From positions 1-20,563 of the forward strand of contig JAFGOA010000024.1 in the NCBI GenBank assembly GCA_016926735.1: 20,563 bases of DNA. The letters are read 5' to 3'. Under the pieces are notes generated by a model, which saw nothing but the letters and a program-made list of their open reading frames with translations, ran no database searches and had not been told where the DNA came from. The position numbers and the translations under genes are program-made. How positions within the stretch are numbered: position 1 is the first letter of the stretch; each line of letters starts with the position of its first letter. Source of the stretch: Promethearchaeota archaeon (GTDB taxonomy: Archaea; Asgardarchaeota; Lokiarchaeia; Sigyniarchaeales; SOKP01). This document shows positions 9,666 through 18,886 of this stretch, one piece after another.

Positions 9666-12097
9666 ATGAGATTTTTAAGAATAAAAAAAAAGAAATTTCA
9701 GCCTTATTAGTAATTATTCCAATGTTATAAACAATAGATATTTTAATTCCAAATATACAAGCTGGATCATATGTTCCAGAAGGGCACCCTAACAATCAAT
9801 GGCATTGAGATGTAGATATAGGTGATCAATTATATCTTGAAGGAGAATTCATAGTTACCAATGACACAACAGGGGAAATTGAAATGATGTTTAGAGATAT
9901 TTGGATATACGATATTACATCAATTGAAAATGTTACATTGAATTGGTTAGGAACAAATATATTTTCTCAATTAAACGCGACTCAATGTTATTATAATACC
10001 ACTTTAGGTTTATTAGAAGTCTATGAGAATTCAAGAGAATTGGGTCTTTTTGGATATCATAACACGGATACAATACAACATAAATTACGAGCAGGTGAAA
10101 ATGGTGTTCCATTTATCCTTCCGATTAATGGAACAAAGGGACTTGAGGTCGATGTTATGGCAGATATTATTAATAGTTCATGTTATAGTCCAGAAGGAAA
10201 CCCAGGGATCAATTTATTTGATAGTTACTCCTCTGATACACTCTTAAATCGTATTTATTTTTCAAATTCAAGTGATGGTTATTTCTCAGATATATATTAT
10301 TATGAAAATGGAACACTTGATCATGCTTCTGTTGAATTAAGAATTTAAATGAGTGAAGGTCCTATGCTTATCGAAGCAACTATGAGACAAGTTAGTGATT
10401 ATAATATTACTGATGAGATTGAATGGGGTGTTTCTGTAGGTGAATCGTATACATATGATTATGCAGACGACGGTGAGGGTTTTGAAGAGGGATATGAATT
10501 ACGATTTGATATTGTTAAAATTAATGAAACACTATTTGAAAAATATAATAATGGATTTTCCAATGAATATCCAATATATATGACACATCAAACAGTATAT
10601 GCAGATTTATTTGTATGGAATGGTTCACATTTTCTATTAGATGACTCTAATATGATGATTGGTGCTGCAAATAATTTTTATCCTTAATTTTTTGATACTT
10701 CTGAACCCTCGCAGTTTAATATAATATATCCAAATAGTATGCAAGCAGAAGATCTTGCTTTTATGTGGAATAATAATACCCTTAAAATATATGGAACTCC
10801 ATTTGATGAGATCATAATTACTGAGAATGGAAATATTGAGAGTACTCTCAGAAACACAACAGGAAACTCGATTGCAAACAATATTGTTGAAAAATCATCA
10901 GGTATCGTCCAATCATTACTAATATCAGATGATAATGATTTTCAATACTATGTACTTAAGAAATTATCCTCGGCAGATATAACTTGGTCGGTTTCTCCAG
11001 GATATACAATATATTACAAAAATAACTTATTTGAAAAAACTAAAGCAGAAGTTAACGATATGAGAGCAATTGTTATTGGAACATATGTGTGCTTATTGAA
11101 CATGACAGCAATTATTCAAGAATATAATTCGATAGGCATACCAATAACATTAGCGCCTGATCAATTAGAATATCAATTCTTTAGTCATGTATATGCCGAT
11201 ATTCAATATTGGAATCATATCAGTGGAATTTGGGAACACATGAATAATGATTTTCTTGCAATAGCAAATGAATATTGGCCTATTTCACCTATTTCATTTC
11301 AAGAAATTAATGGTCCACCTCTTATTATGCCAACAGGAACTGAAAGTGCAGATTTACAGAATGTGTTTGATTTATTCGGTAGTATTTATGATTATATAGA
11401 CTATAGTCTAACAGAAAGTCATGTTATATTACGGAGTTCAACTATTAATGTAGAACTTAATTTTTATTTTGACCAAACAACAGGGAGAACTACAATGATG
11501 TATGGTTGGGCAAATACACCAGGACCTGATTGTGAATGGATGTATATTTCTTCTTATCCAAAATTCAATCAAGCATTATTAGTAGGGACAAATTCATTTA
11601 CATTTAGCAGTCATTTTCCATCAGATGCAACTATTACCATAGAATTTACTGTAGTAGTAACTGCAGCTCCTGGAATGTTTCTCCATAACAGTTTTAAAAT
11701 GAATCCTGTAAATACAACAATAATAAATGGCACAATTTTAATATATGTTGATATGCTTTTTACTAATCCCTCTGTTATTAATTCCAATATAACTATGACA
11801 ATACAACTTCCACCTAGTTTAGATTTAGATGATTTAGCAATCCTTTTTTGTGGATATAATATGAGTGGAAATCTTGAATGGGACTTAGCACCTATTGAAT
11901 TTTATTTTGATAATGTAACAAATTCGATAATAATTGAGATGGAACCTTGGAGAGGAGGGATGATTGGTGCTATAGCGTATATTGTAGCACCAGGGGCCGG
12001 AGGAATTCCTGGATATGATCTCTTAACAATTGTATTGACAATTATAATCATGTCAGGTTTAGCAGCGAGAAAAATAAAAATGAGAAACAAAAAATAA
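9666..12097 (+). pseudogene. large secreted/surface glycoprotein with three internal repeats and IPGY C-terminal sorting signal (Loki-CTERM-like), disrupted
   Basis: ORFs 9884..10348, 10349..10687 and 10739..12097 are all in one frame. That frame extends upstream to a signal-peptide-like KKKEISALLVIIPML*TIDILIPNIQA. In-frame stops: TAA 9728-9730, TGA 9806-9808, TAA 10346-10348, TAA 10685-10687. The ATG at 9666 needs a 1-nt frameshift in the T5/A9 tract. The C-terminus reads GGIPGYDLLTIVLTIIIMSGLAARKIKMRNKK, and there are many N-x-S/T sequons. Confidence 0.85.
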
Positions 12098-12112
12098 TAA
12101 ATATTAACATTA

Positions 12113-12124
12113 TTTTTTTTTTTT
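12113..12124 (+). terminator. oligo-T archaeal intrinsic terminator candidate
   Basis: T12 run 15 nt after the 12097 stop, between convergent genes. Confidence 0.45.
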
Positions 12125-12147
12125 AGTGAATTAATTAGATAAAATTA

Positions 12148-14586
12148 TCATTCTGATTCATTGGAATTATTTGATTTATCTAAAACCATCTTTTCCTCAT
12201 TATTTTCGGTTTTAATTTTAGTTTTTGGAATTCCAGAAAGAAGAATTTTCTGCTTTTTGATCTTTCTAACTTCAGCAAATATTTCTGCTAATTTTTCTAA
12301 AGTAAATATTTTTTCTTTATTAGATATACTCTTTTCATATTTATCTTTTAAGAATCTAAATCTTTTTCGCCATTCTGATTTTTTATCAATATTTTTATAA
12401 AGATTTTTAAAACATTTTTTTGAATCGTGGTTTTGGAAAGAAATCAGAAAATTAACCCAGAAAAATGTTCTTAATTCTTGACATTCATTTGGTCTAAATT
12501 CTTGAAGCAGATTATAAAGTTGTTTATCATATACTGGTATAAATCTAATGGTCTTATTTTTATCATCCTCAGGATTATCCATTAATTTTAACTCCATATC
12601 AGCTTTAGCTATATTTTCCAACAATATATATAGAAATCCTAAAGGAATTTTAGTTTTTATTCTTATTTTTTCACCAATTTCAGATATAGGAATATAAAAA
12701 TCTTGATATCTTGAAATATCTTGTATACGCGTTATATATTCTTTTTTAATAATATCGAGAACAGTTTTCTTCATTTCATCGTTAATTTCTTTAGCTTTAA
12801 ATGGAAAATCTTTTAATTTTTGTAATTTTTCTCGCCTTTCAATCTTATGTTGTTGTCTTTTATCAAATCTATTTGTGAGCGATGCAATAAATTGATCTGA
12901 TGCTTTATCTGATTTAAGGTCCTTTCCAAGCTTTCCCATCTCACTTTTTGTTTTTGAAGTAGTTTTAACTAATTCTTCTGATAGATATTTTTTTACTTTT
13001 TTTTCAGCAATATCTCGCTTTTCAAATTGCTCTGTTACGGAAATAAATTTTATCCATTGTACTTTATTTCCAAAATTATCATTAACCTCAGAAAGAAACA
13101 TATTTACATCTTTTTCTGCTAATCTCTTTATTAGAGAATAAATTACGGCTTTAGACAATTTTGTAGCTTTAATTAATTCCCTATCCATAATTTCAATTGG
13201 AAAAGCATCTCCTCTCCGGATATATTCACCCCTCAGAAGTTTATATACTATTTGCATACTTTCTTCTTCCTTATTGATAGTTTCTTTTTGTATTCTCATA
13301 AACATAGACGTTTGATGAGGTTTTATGTAATAAACAAGTAAAGTGATTCCCAAAAAAATAGTCATAAAAATTGAAATTATGTATTTATCTGATAAAAAGA
13401 CCTCCCCTAAAATAGTAATTTGTTGATTAGGTATATTATTTGCTAATGTAAATCTTGCTAAAGTTTGAGCTAAAACACATCCTAAAAAGAATAAAACTAA
13501 TCCATCTCTTTTAAAAAATAAGAATTGCCATCCATATGATTTTCCTAATTTAACTATAACACGATAAAGAAATAACATTGAAATAAAGAACTCAAATATA
13601 AAAACCGAAGTTAATGCTCCACTATTTGTCCCTAATGAAGATCTAATAGCTTCTAACGTTTCAGGTTGTAATAATAAATAAACACTAATTTGAAAAATCT
13701 GAAAAAAGAAAATAAAAAGAACAACTAATGAAAAAGTAAAATTGTCGAAGGTTCCAACTCTTTTTGTCTCAGCTCTTCTTCGCGTTGATATAAATTCAAC
13801 TATCAAAAAAATAATTACCATCACTAAATTAAAATAAATCATAGGCATTATCCACTTCATTTCTAAAGTATACATTCCAACAGCTGCATGAGGATTAGTA
13901 GGACCAAAAATATCTAAAGAAATATATACCAATAAAGTACGATATAACAAAGCAATAAATACTAGAATGATTGCTATTATAGTTGGTATAATCATTATAA
14001 TTAAATATCTTGATTTAGAATATTTTTCAAGAAAAGCATATTCTATTTTAGTCGCAAATTTTCTGGAGTAAATATAAAATCTACTACTTAGAAGAACAAT
14101 CCAAACAAAAGATAAAAATAAAAAATAACTAATCAGATTTATGTTGGTAGAAATAAAATTGAATAGTAAATAAAGACCAGCAAATATTAATCCAAAAATT
14201 AATATTTGTTTGGCGAAAGTAAAGCTTTCAAAAATATAGTTTCTTAATTTGTCATAGTTAAGTATTATTGATAGTATTAAAAAAAATACCAAAAGAGCTG
14301 TTCCAAAACTAAAAGGATTTCCAAATGCAAGATATTTTATAAAGATATTATTTGGATCGTTAATACCCCATAACAATATGAAAGAGTAGAATCCAAATAA
14401 GAAATATAAAATGAAAAATTTTTTACTAAAAGCATAGGATTTTGGAGACTCTTCACCTTTTAAATACACTTTTTTGTTGAAAATTTTATTTTTAATATTT
14501 GTAAATGTTATTCTGAGTTTATTACTTATTCCTTTTGCTTTGTTTTTTAATCCTTTTGAGGAATAATTCTTAAATTTCTTTCTCAT
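12148..14586 (-). CDS. uncharacterised polytopic membrane protein (about 10 TM) with cytoplasmic C-terminal region containing two winged-helix-like repeats
   Basis: About ten hydrophobic segments in aa 57-421, then a charged soluble region with an internal repeat (aa ~444-517 and ~605-685). Confidence 0.8.
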   Translation of the reverse strand: MRKKFKNYSSKGLKNKAKGISNKLRITFTNIKNKIFNKKVYLKGEESPKSYAFSKKFFILYFLFGFYSFILLWGINDPNNIFIKYLAFGNPFSFGTALLVFFLILSIILNYDKLRNYIFESFTFAKQILIFGLIFAGLYLLFNFISTNINLISYFLFLSFVWIVLLSSRFYIYSRKFATKIEYAFLEKYSKSRYLIIMIIPTIIAIILVFIALLYRTLLVYISLDIFGPTNPHAAVGMYTLEMKWIMPMIYFNLVMVIIFLIVEFISTRRRAETKRVGTFDNFTFSLVVLFIFFFQIFQISVYLLLQPETLEAIRSSLGTNSGALTSVFIFEFFISMLFLYRVIVKLGKSYGWQFLFFKRDGLVLFFLGCVLAQTLARFTLANNIPNQQITILGEVFLSDKYIISIFMTIFLGITLLVYYIKPHQTSMFMRIQKETINKEEESMQIVYKLLRGEYIRRGDAFPIEIMDRELIKATKLSKAVIYSLIKRLAEKDVNMFLSEVNDNFGNKVQWIKFISVTEQFEKRDIAEKKVKKYLSEELVKTTSKTKSEMGKLGKDLKSDKASDQFIASLTNRFDKRQQHKIERREKLQKLKDFPFKAKEINDEMKKTVLDIIKKEYITRIQDISRYQDFYIPISEIGEKIRIKTKIPLGFLYILLENIAKADMELKLMDNPEDDKNKTIRFIPVYDKQLYNLLQEFRPNECQELRTFFWVNFLISFQNHDSKKCFKNLYKNIDKKSEWRKRFRFLKDKYEKSISNKEKIFTLEKLAEIFAEVRKIKKQKILLSGIPKTKIKTENNEEKMVLDKSNNSNESE

Positions 14587-14809
14587 CTATTTTCTATTTC
14601 TCTTTTTTGTTATTTTAATACATCAAATTCTTATTATAAAAATATTCAGTTATTATTTTATATAATACAATTTTACTTTCATATTTTATTACTATAAATA
14701 TTTAATTATCTTTTTTAAGAAAGAAAATTGATTATTTTAATTGGAAAATTTTAAAAACTTCAAAAGATACAATTAAATATTACACTTTTTAAAATAAGAC
14801 TATATTACA

Positions 14810-15091
14810 ATGGAGAAAGAAAAGGATAAGTCAGAGATTAAGCTTGCTAAACTTATAAAAAAAGCTATTGAAATACTATGTGAAAAAAATTTCTCTGAAG
14901 TAGTTATATTATCATCTTATAAAATTTCTTCTATTTTAAATGATAATTTTGGAATTAATATTAAAGTAGATAAAATTGGTAGAATTCTAAGTAATTTAGC
15001 CAAACGAAATCAACTTAAAAGATTGAATACGAATATTCCAAAATATAGACTTCATATCTCTCATTTAACAAATCTTAAATTTCCCTTATAA
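14810..15091 (+). CDS. small basic winged-helix-like protein (93 aa)
   Basis: LIKKAIEIL...LSSYKISSILNDNFGINIKVDKIGRILSNLAKRNQLKRLNTNIPKYRL has the helix-helix-helix-wing pattern of wHTH domains; divergent from the 812-aa gene. Confidence 0.65.
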   Translation: MEKEKDKSEIKLAKLIKKAIEILCEKNFSEVVILSSYKISSILNDNFGINIKVDKIGRILSNLAKRNQLKRLNTNIPKYRLHISHLTNLKFPL

Positions 15092-15177
15092 TTGTTAAAT
15101 TTATCAGCGCAGGATAAAAAAAGTTTAAAAAAATGAGATTTTATTTGAAAAAGTTATTCAACTAAATATTTATTGAA

Positions 15178-16521
15178 TTATATTTTTTTTAAAGAATCAA
15201 TATTACTATCCAAATCTTTAACTTTTCTACTAATATCTGTAATAATTTTTTCAAAATTATCAATTTTTGATTTAACCAGATTTAATTCATTGATCTTTTT
15301 TGAATTATTTTCATCTATATCTTTTTTTAAAGTATCAGCAAAATTATTTATTTCGTTTTCGAATTTATTTTTTATATTCGTTATTTTTTCATTACTTTTA
15401 TCGATATCTACTTTACTATCATTTTGCATTGTCTTTAATTCATTTATTTTTCCTTCTAGTGATTGGATCTTAATTTTTAATAATTCTGAACTGTTTTTAA
15501 ACTGCTCAGAAACAATTTTAAGTGTTTTTTCTTCTATTTTATTTTTAATATCACTAATTTTTGATTCAAAATTTTTTTGTTCGGCTATATTTTTATTAAT
15601 AAGATCTTTTGCCGTTTCTTTTACGCGTTCTGTTAATCCGAGAATTTCACTCTTACTCCAGTTTTTTAAATTATTCATTCCTGAAGAGAGACCTTCATTA
15701 ATTTCATATAATAAATTTAATAATTTTGTACTTGCTTCTATAGTAATTTGATTTAAATTTACCATTATCTTTTTAATATCTTCATAAATTAACTCATTAG
15801 TATTATTTATTAAAGTAGTATAAGAAGACTGTAGCTTTTCTAAAGGAAGTGATTCAATCTCCATAAAATCATCAATAGGTGCAGTAGGTATTTCTTGGAG
15901 ATCTTTAGGGATTGTTTCTGAAACTTCTTTAACTTCACTTATTAAAATAGGATTATTTTTATAAAAATCCTCAACAAATTTCTGAATCCATTTAAAATAA
16001 TCCATTGTTTTTGGTTCTTCTATCTCAAAATCTATAGAATCATATTTGCCTTGTTCTCCCTTTTTATAATCTATGAATGAATATATTTTTAATCCAAAAT
16101 TATTCTCTTTTTTGAGAAGTTTATGATCAAAAACAATAGAGAAAGCTTTTGGCTTTTTATTAGTTTGAATATATAAATGATTTTTTCTATCTTGTTCATT
16201 CCATTCAATTCCTCCAGAAGGATGAGAAATATACCATCCGATAACTTTTAGATCTTGGTCTTTATAATTGTCTTCAATTTTTTTTAATAAATCTAAGTAG
16301 CTTTGAGAGATCCCAATTTGAATATCCTTTCCATGAGATATTGGAATCGCATTCATTAACATCATGTTATTATTCTCATCTTGTTTTCCAAGACAGAATC
16401 CAATAACCTCATATTTTGTATCTAATGAATCATCTGCAAATCTAAGTACGTGAGTAATCATATTCCTAAATGCTTCTTTGGTAATAAAAATAGGTCCTTC
16501 TTTGTTTTTTATATCATTCAT
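15178..16521 (-). CDS. MPN/JAB domain protein with degenerate JAMM motif (MPN-minus pseudo-isopeptidase) and long C-terminal coiled coil
   Basis: YEVIGFCLG...NAIPISHG...VIGWYISHPSGGIEWNEQD: the first Zn-ligand His is Ile and the oxyanion Ser is Asn. The C-terminal ~200 aa are heptad-rich K/E/N/I/L. Confidence 0.88.
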   Translation of the reverse strand: MNDIKNKEGPIFITKEAFRNMITHVLRFADDSLDTKYEVIGFCLGKQDENNNMMLMNAIPISHGKDIQIGISQSYLDLLKKIEDNYKDQDLKVIGWYISHPSGGIEWNEQDRKNHLYIQTNKKPKAFSIVFDHKLLKKENNFGLKIYSFIDYKKGEQGKYDSIDFEIEEPKTMDYFKWIQKFVEDFYKNNPILISEVKEVSETIPKDLQEIPTAPIDDFMEIESLPLEKLQSSYTTLINNTNELIYEDIKKIMVNLNQITIEASTKLLNLLYEINEGLSSGMNNLKNWSKSEILGLTERVKETAKDLINKNIAEQKNFESKISDIKNKIEEKTLKIVSEQFKNSSELLKIKIQSLEGKINELKTMQNDSKVDIDKSNEKITNIKNKFENEINNFADTLKKDIDENNSKKINELNLVKSKIDNFEKIITDISRKVKDLDSNIDSLKKI

Positions 16522-16529
16522 GCTCTATT

Positions 16530-17966
16530 TTACCCCCTTTTTTCCTCAATTTGATTTTTCAGTTTACTATTTTCTTCATTTAATGCTTTTATTTTGTTTT
16601 TTAAAATATTAGCTGAATTTTGATAGTTTGAGTTTAGATTATTTATTTCTAAAGTAATTGTCTGTAATTTCTTTTCAAATTGATCTAAAGATTCTTTGTT
16701 TTTTTCATTAATTTTATCAAATTCATCTGCTTGATTTCTATAATAATGATTAATATCTATTAAGAGCTTGCTTTGTATTTCGTTGATCAAAATATCTAAA
16801 TTTTTTAACATTTCATTTTGTTTATTTAAATCATCTTTTATTTTCTTATTTTCAGTAATAATATGTTCTATATTTTCAATTTTAGGATTAATCATAGAAT
16901 CTATTTCAATTTTTGATTTTGAAATAAAATCTTCAAAAGTATCTTTAATTTTATTAGTTATCATGTCCACTAATTGATTAGCAGAATCAACAATTTTTTG
17001 AAAATCCTTACTAATAACATCAAATCGATCATCGATATACATATCAAGATTGGTTAAATTATATTGTAAAGTAAAAAGAATTGTATTTTGTAACTGCTCT
17101 ATCTCTGTTATAAGGATATTTTTCAACTCTTTTAATGTATTTTTCATTAATAAATTGTTATTAATCATTCTTTCTCCCAAATTATGACTCCAATTGTTAA
17201 ACAATGAAAATATTGGATTCAAAATTGAACTAAATATTCCAGATATTCTATTTTGGATTGTATCAATTATTTTATTTTGATCAAGTTGAGGTATATCATA
17301 TTTAAATTGACTATCTGTAGGAATGTTTATATCATCAAAAATATTAAATTTTTCATTTAATTCCAATATAGGAGGTTCTCCACTATGGAATTTTTTAATT
17401 AGATCGATGATATTATCATAAAAATCAAGAGAATCTGGAATCTCAACAATTGTATTTACTTCATGATACCCTGATAGATCCCCTTTATTTGGATCATCTA
17501 GTCTGAATGTTCTAAATCCTAAATCACCTGGAGATTCTAAATATTCATGATCAAAAACAAGGCCAATTGCACTAGGATTTTGTGCTTGCCACCCTAATTG
17601 ATTTCGAATATCTGTACCAGAAAAAAAGATACTGAGCCCTGGATGACTATGATACCATCCAAGTGTAAACATATTCCTTTCAGCAGCTTCAAGATTAATA
17701 GGTTCAAATTTACCATAGTCTGATGCAGAAAAATCTACTTCTATCGATCCTCCATGAGATACTGGAACAGCATCTTCAATAATAACGTCTTTTATTTTCC
17801 CATTACCCTCGAGATGACCTATTATCATTCCCATAACTTCTTTAAATTTGTGGCGTGCTCTTGTTTTTGAACCATATCTTAAAATGTGTACTAACATTTT
17901 ATAATAGGCAATAGGCTTTATTTTTACAATTGAATCATCTTTATAATTAGAAAATCTTTCTCTCAA
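16530..17966 (-). CDS. MPN+/JAMM metalloprotease (Rpn11/CSN5-like) with long C-terminal coiled coil
   Basis: VKIKPIAYYKMLVH...KEVMGMIIG and LGWYHSHPGLSIFFSGTD give a complete E...HSH-x7-S-x2-D motif. TTG start preceded by AAGTGA; helical/coiled-coil C-terminal half. Confidence 0.92.
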   Translation of the reverse strand: MRERFSNYKDDSIVKIKPIAYYKMLVHILRYGSKTRARHKFKEVMGMIIGHLEGNGKIKDVIIEDAVPVSHGGSIEVDFSASDYGKFEPINLEAAERNMFTLGWYHSHPGLSIFFSGTDIRNQLGWQAQNPSAIGLVFDHEYLESPGDLGFRTFRLDDPNKGDLSGYHEVNTIVEIPDSLDFYDNIIDLIKKFHSGEPPILELNEKFNIFDDINIPTDSQFKYDIPQLDQNKIIDTIQNRISGIFSSILNPIFSLFNNWSHNLGERMINNNLLMKNTLKELKNILITEIEQLQNTILFTLQYNLTNLDMYIDDRFDVISKDFQKIVDSANQLVDMITNKIKDTFEDFISKSKIEIDSMINPKIENIEHIITENKKIKDDLNKQNEMLKNLDILINEIQSKLLIDINHYYRNQADEFDKINEKNKESLDQFEKKLQTITLEINNLNSNYQNSANILKNKIKALNEENSKLKNQIEEKRG

Positions 17967-18208
17967 TATTAATCACTTTTTTTAAAACTCTTTAACTTGC
18001 TTTTTTATACTCTTTTTCAACTTTTTTTCTTTTTAAAAAAAATCTTATTCAGATTTTTTTTAAGGCAATATTGTTAATAAAACTATATAATTATATATAT
18101 CATTTTCTACATTTGTTAACATTTATGTTTTATTGTCTTTATTTTTAAATAAGACTATGATAGCAAATATTGTTAAAATAAATTAAAAATAATTTCTTAA
18201 ATTCTTAT

Positions 18209-18874
18209 TTATGAGTGTGGTATAGGTTTTCCACAATGAGGACAGAATTTCCATTCCAGATCTTTTCCACAATGAGGACAATATTGTATTTCTACGGTTC
18301 CTTTTGAAACGCTAGGAGATTCAATCGAACTTGATTGTAAAACAGATGTACTTTCACCGGCACTAGGAATCGTTGGTAGATTTCTTCTACTATGAGTTGT
18401 TGAGCTTACGCTTGACGATTGGCTAAATCTCTCTTGAAATGCTTTCCGTTTGCTTTCTTCGTTCATAACACTAGGGGCTTCATTTTCAACCCATCCACTT
18501 ACTTTAGGACGCTTTAATTCAGCTTCAGGAACTTTCTCAAGCCCAATATCTTTACTCTCCGAAACAGGAGCCATTACTCGTTGTTTATCTTTGTTCTGTA
18601 TCGCTTGTTTTACCAAAACTTGAGTTGTTTTCATAACTTGGTGTGGGTTGATATTTGGGATTGCTACAGTTCTTAAAACCCAACCAACGACAAGATTCTG
18701 ATTAGGAAATCCCCCAACTGAATCCTCATCTTTATAGATATAAGAATCAATTATATCTTTTCCTTTTAATATTCGGCTTGCCCATTTTTCATTTATAAGA
18801 CCTAATTGAAGACGATATGACGTACCAGGTATTCCTAATTGGCTTGTTAAGGGCGCAAATCCTTTTTCTGTCAA
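18209..18874 (-). CDS. uncharacterised protein: N-terminal globular domain, Ser/Thr-rich linker, C-terminal zinc ribbon (CPHCGK x2)
   Basis: TTG start 6 nt after AGGTGA; C-terminal YCPHCGKDLEWKFCPHCGKPIPHS; visibly more GC-rich than its neighbours. Confidence 0.85.
   Translation of the reverse strand: MTEKGFAPLTSQLGIPGTSYRLQLGLINEKWASRILKGKDIIDSYIYKDEDSVGGFPNQNLVVGWVLRTVAIPNINPHQVMKTTQVLVKQAIQNKDKQRVMAPVSESKDIGLEKVPEAELKRPKVSGWVENEAPSVMNEESKRKAFQERFSQSSSVSSTTHSRRNLPTIPSAGESTSVLQSSSIESPSVSKGTVEIQYCPHCGKDLEWKFCPHCGKPIPHS
18227..18280. repeat. 18-bp exact direct repeat, period 36 (TTTTCCACAATGAGGACA x2)
   Basis: Identical copies at 18227-18244 and 18263-18280 encode the two CPHCGK knuckles. 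Confidence 0.9.
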
Positions 18875-18880
18875 AAAATT

Positions 18881-18886
18881 TCACCT
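18881..18886 (-). promoter_or_regulatory. Shine-Dalgarno AGGTGA
   Basis: The minus strand reads ttttAGGTGAaattttTTGaca; canonical archaeal SD and spacing support the TTG start at 18874. Confidence 0.7.

Noticed and set aside
9728-10687. Stop-codon reassignment or selenocysteine readthrough explaining the in-frame stops
   Set aside because: TAA and TGA terminate intact genes in this window (e.g. sufB TAA, sufC TGA). The TGA aligns with Trp rather than Cys in the sister repeats, and a frameshift is also required. Pseudogenisation is simpler.
15173-15751. 192-aa hydrophobic ORF on the + strand
   Set aside because: Antisense shadow of the K/E/N-rich coiled coil of 15178..16521; its F/L/I/S composition is the expected reverse-complement artefact.
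15178-17300. SMC/Rad50, ESCRT-III or chemoreceptor identity for the coiled-coil regions
   Set aside because: No Walker motifs, hinge or MCP hairpin signature; the coiled coils are fused to MPN domains and are only compositionally similar.
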